Positions 21,040-30,725 of a DNA stretch of 64,000 nucleotides are shown one piece after another. The position numbers and the translations under genes were made by a program. The stretch is from an uncultured Verrucomicrobiae bacterium (GTDB lineage: Bacteria; Verrucomicrobiota; Verrucomicrobiia; Chthoniobacterales; Chthoniobacteraceae), in contig CAVYKI010000006.1 in NCBI GenBank assembly GCA_963769025.1, positions 320,001 to 384,000 of the forward strand, given 5' to 3'. The notes beneath the pieces are model-generated. The model did not search any database and had not been told where the DNA came from. It saw only the letters and a program-made list of their open reading frames with translations. The first letter of the stretch is position 1; each line of letters starts with the position of its first letter.

Positions 21040-21318
21040 AGCCGCGGCTCCGGCAGCTTCCTCATCCGCGCCTTTGAGCGCGTATGCGAGCACTGGCAGG
21101 AGTGGCTCACGGAGAATCCCGACAAACGGAAAAGGAAATGGTGCTGGGTGGAGAAGATGCTGGCATTGACGCCGAACCTGAGGGCGGCGAAGACGGATGC
21201 GGAGAAGGCCACGCTGCAAAACGCCGTGAGCAAGACCGACCATGACATCGACGCGCTGGTGTATGAACTCTACGCCCTCACGCCCGATGAAATCGCGCTG
21301 GTGGAGGGTGGCGCATGA
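21040..21318 (+). pseudogene. Internally deleted type IIG restriction-modification (N6-adenine MTase/Eco57I-like) remnant
   Basis: One start-less frame reads GSGSFLIRAFE (motif I-like) then VEKMLAL...TDHDIDALVYELYALTPDEIALVEG* (typical IIG C-terminus). Confidence 0.7.
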
Positions 21319-21330
21319 TGAACCACTAAA

Positions 21331-21886
21331 ATGAACAGCCCAACCGACGAAAGAGAAGCTCGCACTGGAGTGCGAAAAGCTTCGCATTGAAATCGCCGCA
21401 CTGAACCCGAAGGGTCTTTCCGGCAGAATATCCCAGCACTCGGTGCTGGTTTCCATGCTCGTGGGATTGCTTGGCTTTGGCTTTGGAATTTACCAGTACC
21501 GCGTACAACAAGGGGAAAATCAGGAACAGGAACGTGAGAGCCGGGACCGTGAGTTCATGAAGCCGCTTTGGGAAAAACAGCTCGCGACTTACTTTGAGGC
21601 GTCCGAGGCAGCGTCCACCATCGCGATGACCACGGACGGCGGGGAACGGACGAAAGCGATCAACAAGTTCTGGATGCTCTACCAGGGGCCTCTGGTGATC
21701 GTCGAATCGCCGGCTGTTTCCGGGGCGATGCAAGACTTTGGGAATGCTTTAAGTGGAAAAACGAAGGGCGACTTGCGCGACCTTTCGAAGAAGCTGGCAT
21801 CGGCATTTCAAGAATCGCTGATCGAGGGTGCCAATCTCCGTCTGGATAAGTTTAGAGAAGGAAAATTTGACTATCGCAGCAAATGA
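21331..21886 (+). CDS. Hypothetical single-pass membrane protein; probable +1 frameshift near 21348
   Basis: ATG at 21331 is out of frame with an open KEKLALECEKL...LVGLLGFGFGIYQY frame; more AT-rich than its flanks. Confidence 0.6.
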
Positions 21887-22338
21887 AAGCGAGCGGTCCG
21901 AGCAGCAGGCTGTCGCCAAAAGCGGAAAAAGCGACGCTCCGCGAAGAGTTCGCCGAGTGGCGTGCAGCACTGCCCACGGCGCTCGAAAGGGATACCTTGC
22001 TCACCCCGGAATGGGTGGCCGAGAGCGTGGTGCGGGAGGCGGAACGGTATCTGCGAGCCGACTTGCCGCCGGGCTACGCCGAACGGCTCGCGGCCAAGGC
22101 GCATCACCTTTATCCGCGGCACAAGCACTTTCACAAGATGCTGAACCGCCCCGGCAACCGTGGCCGGGACAATCTCTACACGTATATGCGCCACTGGACG
22201 TGCAGTTGGCTGAAGCGGGAACGCTACGCGCTCTACAAAAAGCTCCCGTGGTCCTTCGCGCTGGGAGTCTCCCTTTACCCCATGCGGAAGAAGACGCCGG
22301 TGCGCGCGCGGGCCGGTGCGCACGCGAGGGCTGCGTGA
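21883..22338 (+). CDS. Hypothetical protein
   Basis: ATGA overlap with the upstream stop; plausible amino-acid composition. Confidence 0.55.
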   Translation: MKASGPSSRLSPKAEKATLREEFAEWRAALPTALERDTLLTPEWVAESVVREAERYLRADLPPGYAERLAAKAHHLYPRHKHFHKMLNRPGNRGRDNLYTYMRHWTCSWLKRERYALYKKLPWSFALGVSLYPMRKKTPVRARAGAHARAA

Positions 22339-22620
22339 GGCTCGATCCAACCGAGGGGAAGTAGCGGGGACCGAGGGACTGATTACCCGCCGTTCTTCCG
22401 TATTCTCGGCGTGCCAGCCTCGCCTGCGAAGGTGCGGGGATGTGCAATCACTGCCGGAAGGACCGGAAGGTCATCGGGCGGACCGTGAGCCGCATCCCCC
22501 TTGTCCCGATCCCGATGCCGATGGAGACGTTGCCCACTGGAGTTCTGAGTTGAGGGTTGAGAGGGGGGGCGAGGGGACGCGACGGGGAGACTTGGACAGG
22601 TGGGTAGCAACGAGGCATCT

Positions 22621-22677
22621 ACCCTGAAAGGGTTGCAGCGGGCCGGCCTTGCCGATGGCTTGAACCCCTTTCAGGGT
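22621..22677. repeat. REP-like inverted repeat doublet
   Basis: ACCCTGAAAGGGTT ... AACCCCTTTCAGGGT, separated by 28 nt. Confidence 0.7.
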
Positions 22678-22799
22678 TGCGGCGTTTTCATCGGACGTCC
22701 CAATGCCCTTCTGCATGACGCTCCGGATGGCGTCGGTGCCCGACATCACCCGTCTCGCGGGACGGGCGAGCTTTCGAGAGGCCCGCCCCGCAAGCTTGT

Positions 22800-23267
22800 T
22801 TACGACACCTTGACCTCGATGGCCTTGGTCTTGGCCTTCTCGGTCTTGGGCAGGTGGACCATCAGCACGCCGTTCTTGAAGTCCGCCTGGACGTGGCCGG
22901 TGTCGGCCCCTTCCGGCAGCGTGAACGCGCGCATGAACGAGCCGTAGCTGCGCTCGATGCGGTGATACTTCGTGTCCTTCTCTTCCTTCTCCATCTTGCG
23001 CTCGCCGCTGATGCGGAGGATGCCGTTTTCAACGGTCACCTTGACGTCTTCCTTTTTGACCTCGGGCAGCTCGGCCTTCACGAGGAATTCCTTGTCATCC
23101 TCGATGATGTCGGTGAGCGGTTCCCATGACGTGGTGGACATGGCCTCATCCCCATCACCGGGACCGGTGCCGAAGATGCGTGCGAGTCCGCGCTCGAAAT
23201 CCGCCATGTGTCCGAACGGATCCCAGCGCTTCGTTGGGGTTGGATTCCATTTGGTTAGCAGGTTCAT
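22800..23267 (-). CDS. Hsp20/alpha-crystallin small heat-shock protein
   Basis: AELPEVKKEDVKV, HRIERSYGSF.R.F.LP and NGVL motifs; GAAAGGAG ribosome-binding site upstream. Confidence 0.95.
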   Translation of the reverse strand: MNLLTKWNPTPTKRWDPFGHMADFERGLARIFGTGPGDGDEAMSTTSWEPLTDIIEDDKEFLVKAELPEVKKEDVKVTVENGILRISGERKMEKEEKDTKYHRIERSYGSFMRAFTLPEGADTGHVQADFKNGVLMVHLPKTEKAKTKAIEVKVS

Positions 23268-23526
23268 AACTACTCCTTTCCCGGCCGCGATTGCGTTTCC
23301 CCCGGGGCTGAAGCAGCCGGGCTTTTCCAGCACCGGAGGCGGGGTTTTCCCCACGCCCCAATATACCCGCGGAGGGCCTTTCCCGCAACGCGATCTTCCG
23401 CCGGTTTCCGCGCCCTCCACGTTTTGGAAAACGGTGCGGTCCTGGCGAAGGAGGAGGGGATCATCGTCTGCCGGCGGTCTGCCGGGGCGATGCAGGGAAG
23501 GGGGCGCGCGGGCAGGATTGGCCGCG

Positions 23527-24607
23527 TTACAGGACCTTGTCCGCGTCGTCGCCGAGGAACATGCGGAAGCGGTTTTTGTCGATGGCCTTCATGTAGGCTT
23601 CGACGGGGCTGACCATGCCCTGCTGCATGACGCTCCAGATGGCGTCGTCCATGAACTGCATGCCTTCGCCTTTGCCGCCGATGATGACGTCCTGGAGCTT
23701 TTGCGTGGCGCCTTCGCGGATGATGGCGCTGACGGCGGTGTTGACGACCAGGATTTCGTTCACGGCGAGACGGCCGCCGGTGTCGCAGCGTTTCAGCAGG
23801 AGCTGGGCGACGACGCCGCGCAGGGAGGCCGCGAGCATGGTGCGGACCTGCGACTGCTGGTCGGCGGGGAAGACGTCGACGATACGGTCCACGGTCTTGC
23901 GGGCGTTGTTCGTGTGCAGCGTGCCGAAGACGAGCAGGCCCGTCTCCGCGGCGGTGAGCGCGAGCGGGATGGTTTCCAGGTCGCGCATTTCGCCGACGAG
24001 CACGATGTCGGCGTCTTCGCGCAGCGCGGCCTGCAGGCCCTGCGGAAAGCTCGGCGTCTGCTCGGGCACTTCGCGCTGGGTGATGATGCTCTTCTTGTTC
24101 GCGTGCACGAACTCGATCGGCTCCTCGACGGTGATGATGTGCCGCGTGAAGTTCGTGTTGATGTAGTCGATCAGCGCCGCGAGCGTCGTGGACTTGCCGG
24201 AGCCGGTCGGGCCGGTGACGAGCACGAGGCCGCCGCGCATGTGGCCGAACTCCTTGACGACCGGCGGGATGCCGAGCTGCTCGAGCGTCATGATCTTCGT
24301 CGGGATGAGACGGAAGACGCAGCCGAGCCGTTGCGTCTGCTTGAGGTAGTTGCAGCGGAAGCGCGAGTCCTCGTCCATCTCGTAGGCGAAGTCGAGGTCG
24401 CCCGTTTTCGATGATAGCGCGCCCAGCGCTCGGGGCCCGCAGATTTCGCTCATCATGTAGGCCATCTCCTCCTGCGTGAGGATTTCCTCGCGGATGGGCA
24501 TGATGCCGCCGTGCGCGCGGATCTTCGGCGGCTGGCCTTCGCCGAGGTGAAGGTCGGAGGCGCCCGCCTGCGATGAGGACTTCGAAGAACTGATCGATGT
24601 AGGCCAT
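23527..24607 (-). CDS. pilT: PilT/PilU-family type IV pilus retraction ATPase (5' part frameshifted)
   Basis: ASDLHL, GPTGSGKSTT, EEPIEF, GEMRD, AAETG..TLHT and GMQFMD motifs; start MAYIDQFF lies in another frame. Confidence 0.85.
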
Positions 24608-24647
24608 GGGGAGTGAAGAGTTGAGGTTGAGAAGTTGGCGAGTTGAG

Positions 24648-25880
24648 TCAGCTCGACTTGACCGGAGATGCTGTCGCGCATGACTGCGCATCTGTTCTGC
24701 TCGGCGCGCGTAGTAGCATTCCTCCTCGGTGATCAGGCCCTCGTCGATAGAGTTCGCGCAGCGAGTCGTCCATGAGGCGCATGCCCACGCTTCCGCCGGT
24801 CTGCATGACGCCGGGGAGCATGAAGGTCTTGCCTTCGCGGATGCAGGTGGCGACGGCGGCGGTGTTGCACGAGGATTTCGAGCGCGAGCACGCGGCCGTT
24901 GCCGTCGGCGCGCGGGACGAGCTGCTGGGAGATGATGCCGCGCAGCGATTCGGTGACCATGACGCGGATCTGGTCGCGCTGGTCGACGGGGAAGACGTCG
25001 AGCACGCGGTCCAGGGTGCGCGCGGCGTTGCCGGTGTGCAGCGTGCCGAGCACCAGGTGGCCCGTTTCCGACGCGGTGATGGCGAGCTGAGATGGTTTCC
25101 AGGTCGCGCATTTCACCGACCATGATGACGTCCGGATCTTCACGCAGCGCGCCGCGGAGGGCGTGCGGCGAAGGATCTTGGTGTGCGTGTGCACTTCGCG
25201 CTGGTTGACGTGGCAGCCCTTCGAGGCGATGACGTATTCGATCGGGTCTTCGAGCGTGATGATGTGGTCGTGCCGCGTCTCGTTCACGTCATCGACCAGC
25301 GCGCCAGCGTGGTGGATTTGCCGGAGCCGACGGAGCCGGTGACGAGGATGAGGCCGTTGTGATATTGCGTGAGCATGCTTCAGGCGTCTGCGGGAGGCCG
25401 AGGTCGTCCATCGTCCGGAGCTTGCGTGTTGATGATGCGGAAGACCATGTCGATGCCGAGGCGCTGCCGGACGACGGAGGCGCGGAAGCGGCCGAAAGTC
25501 GTGGCGTAGGCGAAGTCCACGTCGCCGCGCTCAAAGAGGAGCTTGCTTCTGCGCCTCGTTGAGAAAGCCCATCGCAAGCCGCTCGGTGTCGGTCGGCGGT
25601 GAGTTCCGGCGGCCTGGAGCCAGATGGGTTCGAGATTGCCGTAGCGCCGCCACATCGGCTTGCAGTTCACCGGGAGATGGATGTCCGACGCGTCGGACTC
25701 CTGGCCTTTGCGGAGATACTCGTCCACGTGCTCGAGTGTCTGCGGCGGGGCCGCTTCGACGACTTGCACGGCGTGGGCGACGGCCACCGGAACTGCGACG
25801 GGCACTGCGACTGGAACTGCTACGGGAACTGCTACGGGTACCGCCTTCGGCACGCGTTCCTGAGGGTTTTTCGGATCCAT
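24648..25880 (-). CDS. pilT: Second PilT-family ATPase with N-terminal AVPV repeat; many frameshifts, 3' end approximate
   Basis: ASDIHL, GRFRASV, HIITLEDPIEY, VNQREV and ASETGHLVLGTLHT motifs spread over several frames. Confidence 0.75.
25783..25844 (-). repeat. 12-bp coding tandem repeat encoding (AVPV)x5
   Basis: Translates to KAVPVAVPVAVPVAVPVAVPVAVA. Confidence 0.85.
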
Positions 25881-25940
25881 TTTTGAGAAGGAGGCGAGAG
25901 AGCTAGTGGGGTGACGATCGAATGCAATTCAAACTTGGCA

Positions 25941-26348
25941 TCACGGCTTGCCGGAATCGCCGGGCTCTCCCGGCTTCCCGGTGCGATGAAACCGCCTGAG
26001 GATTTCACCGATGCTGCCGCCTGCAAGCTCGGAAAGCACCGGCAGCGCAAATGTGAACGCAAACTTCGCCGCGGAAAAGGCCGCGCCCAGTTTCCCCGCT
26101 CCGACCTTTCTGCCGCTGTCGCGGTCAACGAAGACCGTCTTCTTGCGCGAGGGGATTTTCGAGAGAAGGAATCCCGCAATCGCCGCGCCGCCGAGCCATG
26201 CGGGCCGGTGGCGGCGGAAGTTTTCCGAAGCGCGCGTCGGCACGTCGAGGCGGTGGCGGAGCGCCTCGCCCGTCGCGGAAAGCCGCACGCGCGCCGCCGC
26301 GAGTTCGGCTACGAGTGCCTGTTTGTCCTGTTGTGCTGATCCAGCCAT
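25941..26348 (-). CDS. Hypothetical membrane protein (YqjK-like position)
   Basis: Third gene of a DUF883-holin-like trio; hydrophobic segments. Confidence 0.65.
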   Translation of the reverse strand: MAGSAQQDKQALVAELAAARVRLSATGEALRHRLDVPTRASENFRRHRPAWLGGAAIAGFLLSKIPSRKKTVFVDRDSGRKVGAGKLGAAFSAAKFAFTFALPVLSELAGGSIGEILRRFHRTGKPGEPGDSGKP

Positions 26349-26738
26349 TCCTGATCCTTTTTAAGCTCGGCGGTGGTGATGGGAAAGATCGGAGTGCCGA
26401 GGCGTGATTTCAGCGCGAGGCCGAGCGCCACGACTCCCGCAAAATGAAGCGCGGCCATGACTAGCGCCGCCCACACCCAGCCGTTCGGGCCGCCGAATGC
26501 CTTCCCGAGCAGGAACACCGCCGCGAGGCACGCGAAGAGCCAGCCGAACGCGCCGAGCACGATCGCGGCGCCCGACGATGAGCAGCAGCTTGAACCCGTG
26601 CCCCGCCGCCTCGCGGCCTTCGAGCGAGGCGAGACGCAGCCGTGCCGAGGCATATTGCGCGCACGAGGCAAAAAAGGACCGCGCGCTTCCTGCCATGCCC
26701 GTGTTCCCGTTGCCGGGCGTTGGCGCCGGTTCAGCCAT
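26309..26738 (-). CDS. Phage-holin/YqjE-like membrane protein; +1 frameshift near 26575
   Basis: RLRLASLEGREA, two transmembrane helices and ELKKDQEWL tail, split over two frames. Confidence 0.75.
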
Positions 26739-26744
26739 CCTGTG

Positions 26745-27014
26745 CTACCGCCGGAAGATCAGGCCGATGACAAACCCGACGCCGACCGCCGCGAGGAGGC
26801 TCTTGGCCGGATGCTCGCGGACGTAATCCTCGATTTCCTTCTGCACTCCGCGCGCCTTGTCCGTCCATTCGCCTGCGACGCCGCCGGCCCGCTCGCGGAA
26901 TTCGCGGGCAGCCTCTGCCGCCGCGTCCCGGATTTCCGCGGCCGCCGCCCGCGCGTGCGCCTTGGAGGCTTCAAAGTGATCCTGGTTTCCGTTGTCTGGG
27001 TTTGGAGTGCTCAT
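26745..27014 (-). CDS. DUF883 (ElaB/YqjD) family protein
   Basis: YVREHPAKSLLAAVGVGFVIGLIFRR C-terminus. Confidence 0.88.
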   Translation of the reverse strand: MSTPNPDNGNQDHFEASKAHARAAAAEIRDAAAEAAREFRERAGGVAGEWTDKARGVQKEIEDYVREHPAKSLLAAVGVGFVIGLIFRR

Positions 27015-27057
27015 GGTTCGCGTAGGAGGTTTCGGCTTCAGGCGGGATTCTGGTCGC

Positions 27058-27276
27058 TTATTGTTCGCGGAAAATGATCCGCGCTTTGGTCAGGTCGTAA
27101 GGCGACATTTCCAGCTCCACTTTGTCGCCGGGCACGATGCGTATGAAGTTCTTCCTCATTTTGCCAGAGATATGTGCGAGGAGGCGATGGCCGTTGGCGA
27201 GCTCCACCCGGAACATGGTGCCGGGGAGCACGTCCTTCACAGTCGCTTCGGTTCGGATGCAGTCTTCTTTAGACAT
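27058..27276 (-). CDS. infA: Translation initiation factor IF-1
   Basis: [29 protein letters not shown] and [10 protein letters not shown] motifs. Confidence 0.97.
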   Translation of the reverse strand: MSKEDCIRTEATVKDVLPGTMFRVELANGHRLLAHISGKMRKNFIRIVPGDKVELEMSPYDLTKARIIFREQ

Positions 27277-27423
27277 GAAACGCGGGGAATAAGTGCCTGT
27301 GCCGACGAGGAAAATCAACAACGGAGTGAGCGAAGCGGAATCGGACCGTTTCCCCGGCGGACGGAGCGCAGTCGCTTGCCATCGCCCGGGTGAATGCTCA
27401 CGGTGCGCGCCCAATCACCGGCC

Positions 27424-30400
27424 ATGTCCGACGAAACCGCTCCCATTCCACACGAGCCGCATCCGCCGGCGGGCATCGGGGACTCGACGATGCGTCTGCT
27501 TTTCGAGGTCGGCGGTGCCGAGGCTGCTGCCGCGGCGCGCGACGCGGTGGCAGAGGGGCCCGGAGGCACCATCGGCCGCTACCGGCTGATCGAAAGGCTC
27601 GGCGAGGGCGGCTTCGGCACGGTGTGGCGCGCGGAGCAGAGCGAGCCCATCCGGCGCGAAGTGGCGCTGAAGGTCATCAAGGCTGGCATGGATAGCGCGG
27701 AGATCATCGCGCGCTTCGAGGCGGAGCGGCAGGCGCTGGCGCTGATGGAGCACCCGAACATCGCCGGCGTGCTGGACGCGGGCACGACGGAGAACGGGCG
27801 GCCATTTTTCGTCATGGAACTTGTGAGGGGCCTGTCGATCACCGAGTACGCCGACGAGAGGAAGCTGACGATCCGCGAGCGGCTGGAGCTTTTCATCCCC
27901 GTCTGCCACGCCGTGCAGCACGCGCACCAGAAGGCGATCCTGCACCGTGACCTGAAGCCCTCGAATATCCTCGTCAGCGAGGTGGACGGACGTCCCGTGC
28001 CGAAGGTGATCGACTTTGGCATCGCCAAGGCGCTCGGCGGGGCGGGCGACGGTGCGCTGGGCGCAAACGTGCAGCTCACGCAGACCGGTACTTTCATCGG
28101 CACGCCGCGCTACATGAGTCCCGAGCAGGCGGGCGCGAAGCCGGACCTGGACACGCGCAGCGACATCTACACGCTCGGCGTGATCCTCTTTGAACTGCTC
28201 ACGGGCGACACGCCGCTGAGCGTGCAGACGCTTCGCAGCGCGGCATTCGACGAGATGCTCCGCATGATCCGCGAGAGCGAGCCGCCGCGCCCGAGCAACC
28301 GCGTGACCGGCGCGACGGAGCTCATCCGCACGGCCGCGACCACGCGCGGCACCGAGCCCGCGAAGCTCACGCGCACGCTGCGTGGCGACCTCGACTGGAT
28401 CGCGCTGCGTGCGCTGGAAAAGGACCGCGAGCGCCGCTACGGCAGCGCGGCGGCGCTCGCCGCGGACATCGCGCGCCATTTGCACAGCGAGCCTGTCGAG
28501 GCCGGGCCGCCGAGCGCGCTCTACCGGTTCCGCAAGCTGGTCCGACGCAACCGTGTCGCATTCGCCGCCGCCGCGATCATCCTTTTCCTGCTGGTGACCG
28601 GCATCGCCGTGAGCACCTGGCAGATGATCCGCGCGATGCGGGCCGAAAAGCGCGCCGACAGCGAGGCGCAGATCGCGCGTGCCGTCACCGATTTCCTGGA
28701 GGACGATCTGCTCCAGCAGGCGGGCAGTCGCAAGCAGGTGGAGTCCGGCTTCAAGCCCGACCCGGACCTCACCGTCCGGCAGGCGCTGGATCGCGCGTCG
28801 GAGAAAATCGGCGACCGTTTCAAGGACAGGCCGCTCGTCGAGGCCGAGGTGCAGTCCACGATCGGGAAGTCGTACCACGATCTCGGCGCCTACGAGAGCG
28901 CGCTGCCGCATTTCCTCCGCGCGCTGGAACTCCGCACCGCGGCGCTGGGCGCCGAGGACGCCAAGACGGTGGGCGTCCGGCACAACATCGGCATGCTGCT
29001 GAATAATATGGGGCGATTTTCCGAGGCGGAGACGATGAACCGCGGGACGGTTGCGCTTTACGAAAAGATCCTCGGCCCGACGCACAAGGACACGTTTTCG
29101 GTGCGGAACAATCTCGCGGCGTCGATGTATGGGCAGCATCGTTTCGCGGAAGCGGAAGCGGAATGGCGGGCGATGCAGGCGAGCGAGGCGGGGCAGCCTC
29201 ATTTCGAGAAGAAGCCAGCAACCTACCGGCACAACATCGCCGAGGCGCTCCGCAAGCAGGGGAAATTCGCCGAAGCCGAAGCCGAGCACCGTGCGGACCT
29301 TGAGGAAGCCCGGCGCGTGCTCGGTCCGGAAAATCCCGACACACTGGTGGCCTGGACGGGCGTCGTCGTCTCGCTGATCAGCCAGGGTAAGGGCGCGGAG
29401 GCCGAGGCGGAATGCCGGAAGCTCCTCGCCCTCCAGGGGCGCGTGCTCGGCCCGGATCATCCCGAGACCGTGGACACGCGGACGAACCTGGGCATCGCGC
29501 TTGAAACGCTCAACCGCTTTTCGGAGGCGGAGACGGAATATCGCCGCGTCCTTTCCACGCGCGAGCTTTCCCAAGGACCTGAAGATCCTACTGTCCTCGC
29601 GATGCGCCTTCGCCTCGCCGGATTGGCCGGCAACCAAGGCCGGCATGCCGATGCGGAGGTGCAGTTCCGGGAATTGGCTGCCGTGCGGGAGCGTGTGCTC
29701 GGGCCGGAGCATGCGGATACCTTGAAAGTGCGCGCCTTTCTCGCGACGGCGCTGAAGGAACTCGGCAGGCTGCCGGAGGCCGAAAAGGAAATCCGCGCCG
29801 TGCTGGCCGTGATGGACCGCAAGCCTGGCGCGAACACGCTCGCGGCCATCGAGAACCGCGAACTGCTCGGCCTGATCCTCGGCAGGCAGAAGGGGCTCGC
29901 GGCGGAGGAAAAGGAATACCGCCTGGCGATTGCGGATCGGGAGCGCCTCTTCGGAAAGGAACACGCCGGTACGCTTTCCACGCGGATGAGCCTCGCGGTC
30001 TGCATGTACCGGCAAGCCAAATACGCCGAGGCCGAGGCGGAGTTCCGGTCGCTGCTCGAGGCTTATCACCGGCTGAATGGCCCGGAGGATCGGGCTACCA
30101 TCATGGCGCGGGACAACCTCGGAAACGCCTTCGGCGCGCAGGGCCGCCACGCCGAGGCTGAGATTGCCCATCGCGACGCGTGGCTGGCCGCGCAACGTTC
30201 ACTCGGGCCGGAAAATTCGCTTTCGCTCCATGCGCGCCTCGCCTTTGCCGACGCTCTGCGCGAGCAGAAAAAGTTCACGGAAGCCGAGGCAGAATACCGA
30301 TCCACAGTCGCCGGGTTTGATCGGAGCGGCGGCGTTGAAAGGCCCGACATGCTCCGGGCGCTCCACAATCTCGCCCTCACGCTCCGCCAGCTCAATCGCC

Positions 30401-30522
30401 ACGCCGATGCCGTGCCTTTTGCCCGCCGTGCCCACATGGGCAGACAGAAGACGCTTGGCGACTCCCATCAGGAGACCAAGGACTCCAAAAAGCTCCTCGA
30501 CGAGCTCGCGGCTGCGCCTTGA
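27424..30522 (+). CDS. Ser/Thr protein kinase with transmembrane helix and C-terminal TPR (kinesin-light-chain-like) repeats
   Basis: LGEGGFG, VALK, HRDLKPSN, DFG and GTPRYMSPEQ motifs; repeated LGP.HP.T motifs. Confidence 0.93.
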   Translation: MSDETAPIPHEPHPPAGIGDSTMRLLFEVGGAEAAAAARDAVAEGPGGTIGRYRLIERLGEGGFGTVWRAEQSEPIRREVALKVIKAGMDSAEIIARFEAERQALALMEHPNIAGVLDAGTTENGRPFFVMELVRGLSITEYADERKLTIRERLELFIPVCHAVQHAHQKAILHRDLKPSNILVSEVDGRPVPKVIDFGIAKALGGAGDGALGANVQLTQTGTFIGTPRYMSPEQAGAKPDLDTRSDIYTLGVILFELLTGDTPLSVQTLRSAAFDEMLRMIRESEPPRPSNRVTGATELIRTAATTRGTEPAKLTRTLRGDLDWIALRALEKDRERRYGSAAALAADIARHLHSEPVEAGPPSALYRFRKLVRRNRVAFAAAAIILFLLVTGIAVSTWQMIRAMRAEKRADSEAQIARAVTDFLEDDLLQQAGSRKQVESGFKPDPDLTVRQALDRASEKIGDRFKDRPLVEAEVQSTIGKSYHDLGAYESALPHFLRALELRTAALGAEDAKTVGVRHNIGMLLNNMGRFSEAETMNRGTVALYEKILGPTHKDTFSVRNNLAASMYGQHRFAEAEAEWRAMQASEAGQPHFEKKPATYRHNIAEALRKQGKFAEAEAEHRADLEEARRVLGPENPDTLVAWTGVVVSLISQGKGAEAEAECRKLLALQGRVLGPDHPETVDTRTNLGIALETLNRFSEAETEYRRVLSTRELSQGPEDPTVLAMRLRLAGLAGNQGRHADAEVQFRELAAVRERVLGPEHADTLKVRAFLATALKELGRLPEAEKEIRAVLAVMDRKPGANTLAAIENRELLGLILGRQKGLAAEEKEYRLAIADRERLFGKEHAGTLSTRMSLAVCMYRQAKYAEAEAEFRSLLEAYHRLNGPEDRATIMARDNLGNAFGAQGRHAEAEIAHRDAWLAAQRSLGPENSLSLHARLAFADALREQKKFTEAEAEYRSTVAGFDRSGGVERPDMLRALHNLALTLRQLNRHADAVPFARRAHMGRQKTLGDSHQETKDSKKLLDELAAAP

Positions 30523-30602
30523 GAGGACGCCCGTCGTCCACCCGGCGGGGGAGTTTCGCAGCGGCCATGGCGGCGCATGCCAGCGGACGGGTGACGGACC
30601 GC

Positions 30603-30630
30603 TTGACATCGACCCCCCGGTCATTACTTT
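30603..30630 (+). promoter_or_regulatory. Putative sigma70 promoter of rpsA
   Basis: TTGACA-N16-TACTTT about 95 nt upstream of the start. Confidence 0.6.
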
Positions 30631-30725
30631 GCCCGCCCCTTTTCCCGTAATAGGCATCCGCATGTGCAGGTGCCCGGGCGAGGGGAAACAATCCGGTAAC
30701 CGTGGTTTGAAACATTCGTAATATC

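Noticed and set aside
22339..22620. Small ORFs between the hypothetical gene and the REP doublet
   Set aside because: No consistent frame, start signal or recognisable motif
23268..23526. CIRCE or RNA thermometer upstream of Hsp20
   Set aside because: No TTAGCACTC-N9-GAGTGCTAA, and no convincing helix sequestering the ribosome-binding site was seen
25941..27014. Prophage lysis module suggested by the holin-family gene
   Set aside because: Context is the common chromosomal DUF883-YqjE-YqjK-like trio with no phage genes
27415..30195. 926-aa minus-strand ORF and other long antisense ORFs (e.g. 45665-47815, 6798-8330, 62426-63961)
   Set aside because: Shadow ORFs of real genes in high-GC DNA; Arg/Ala-rich with no recognisable motifs
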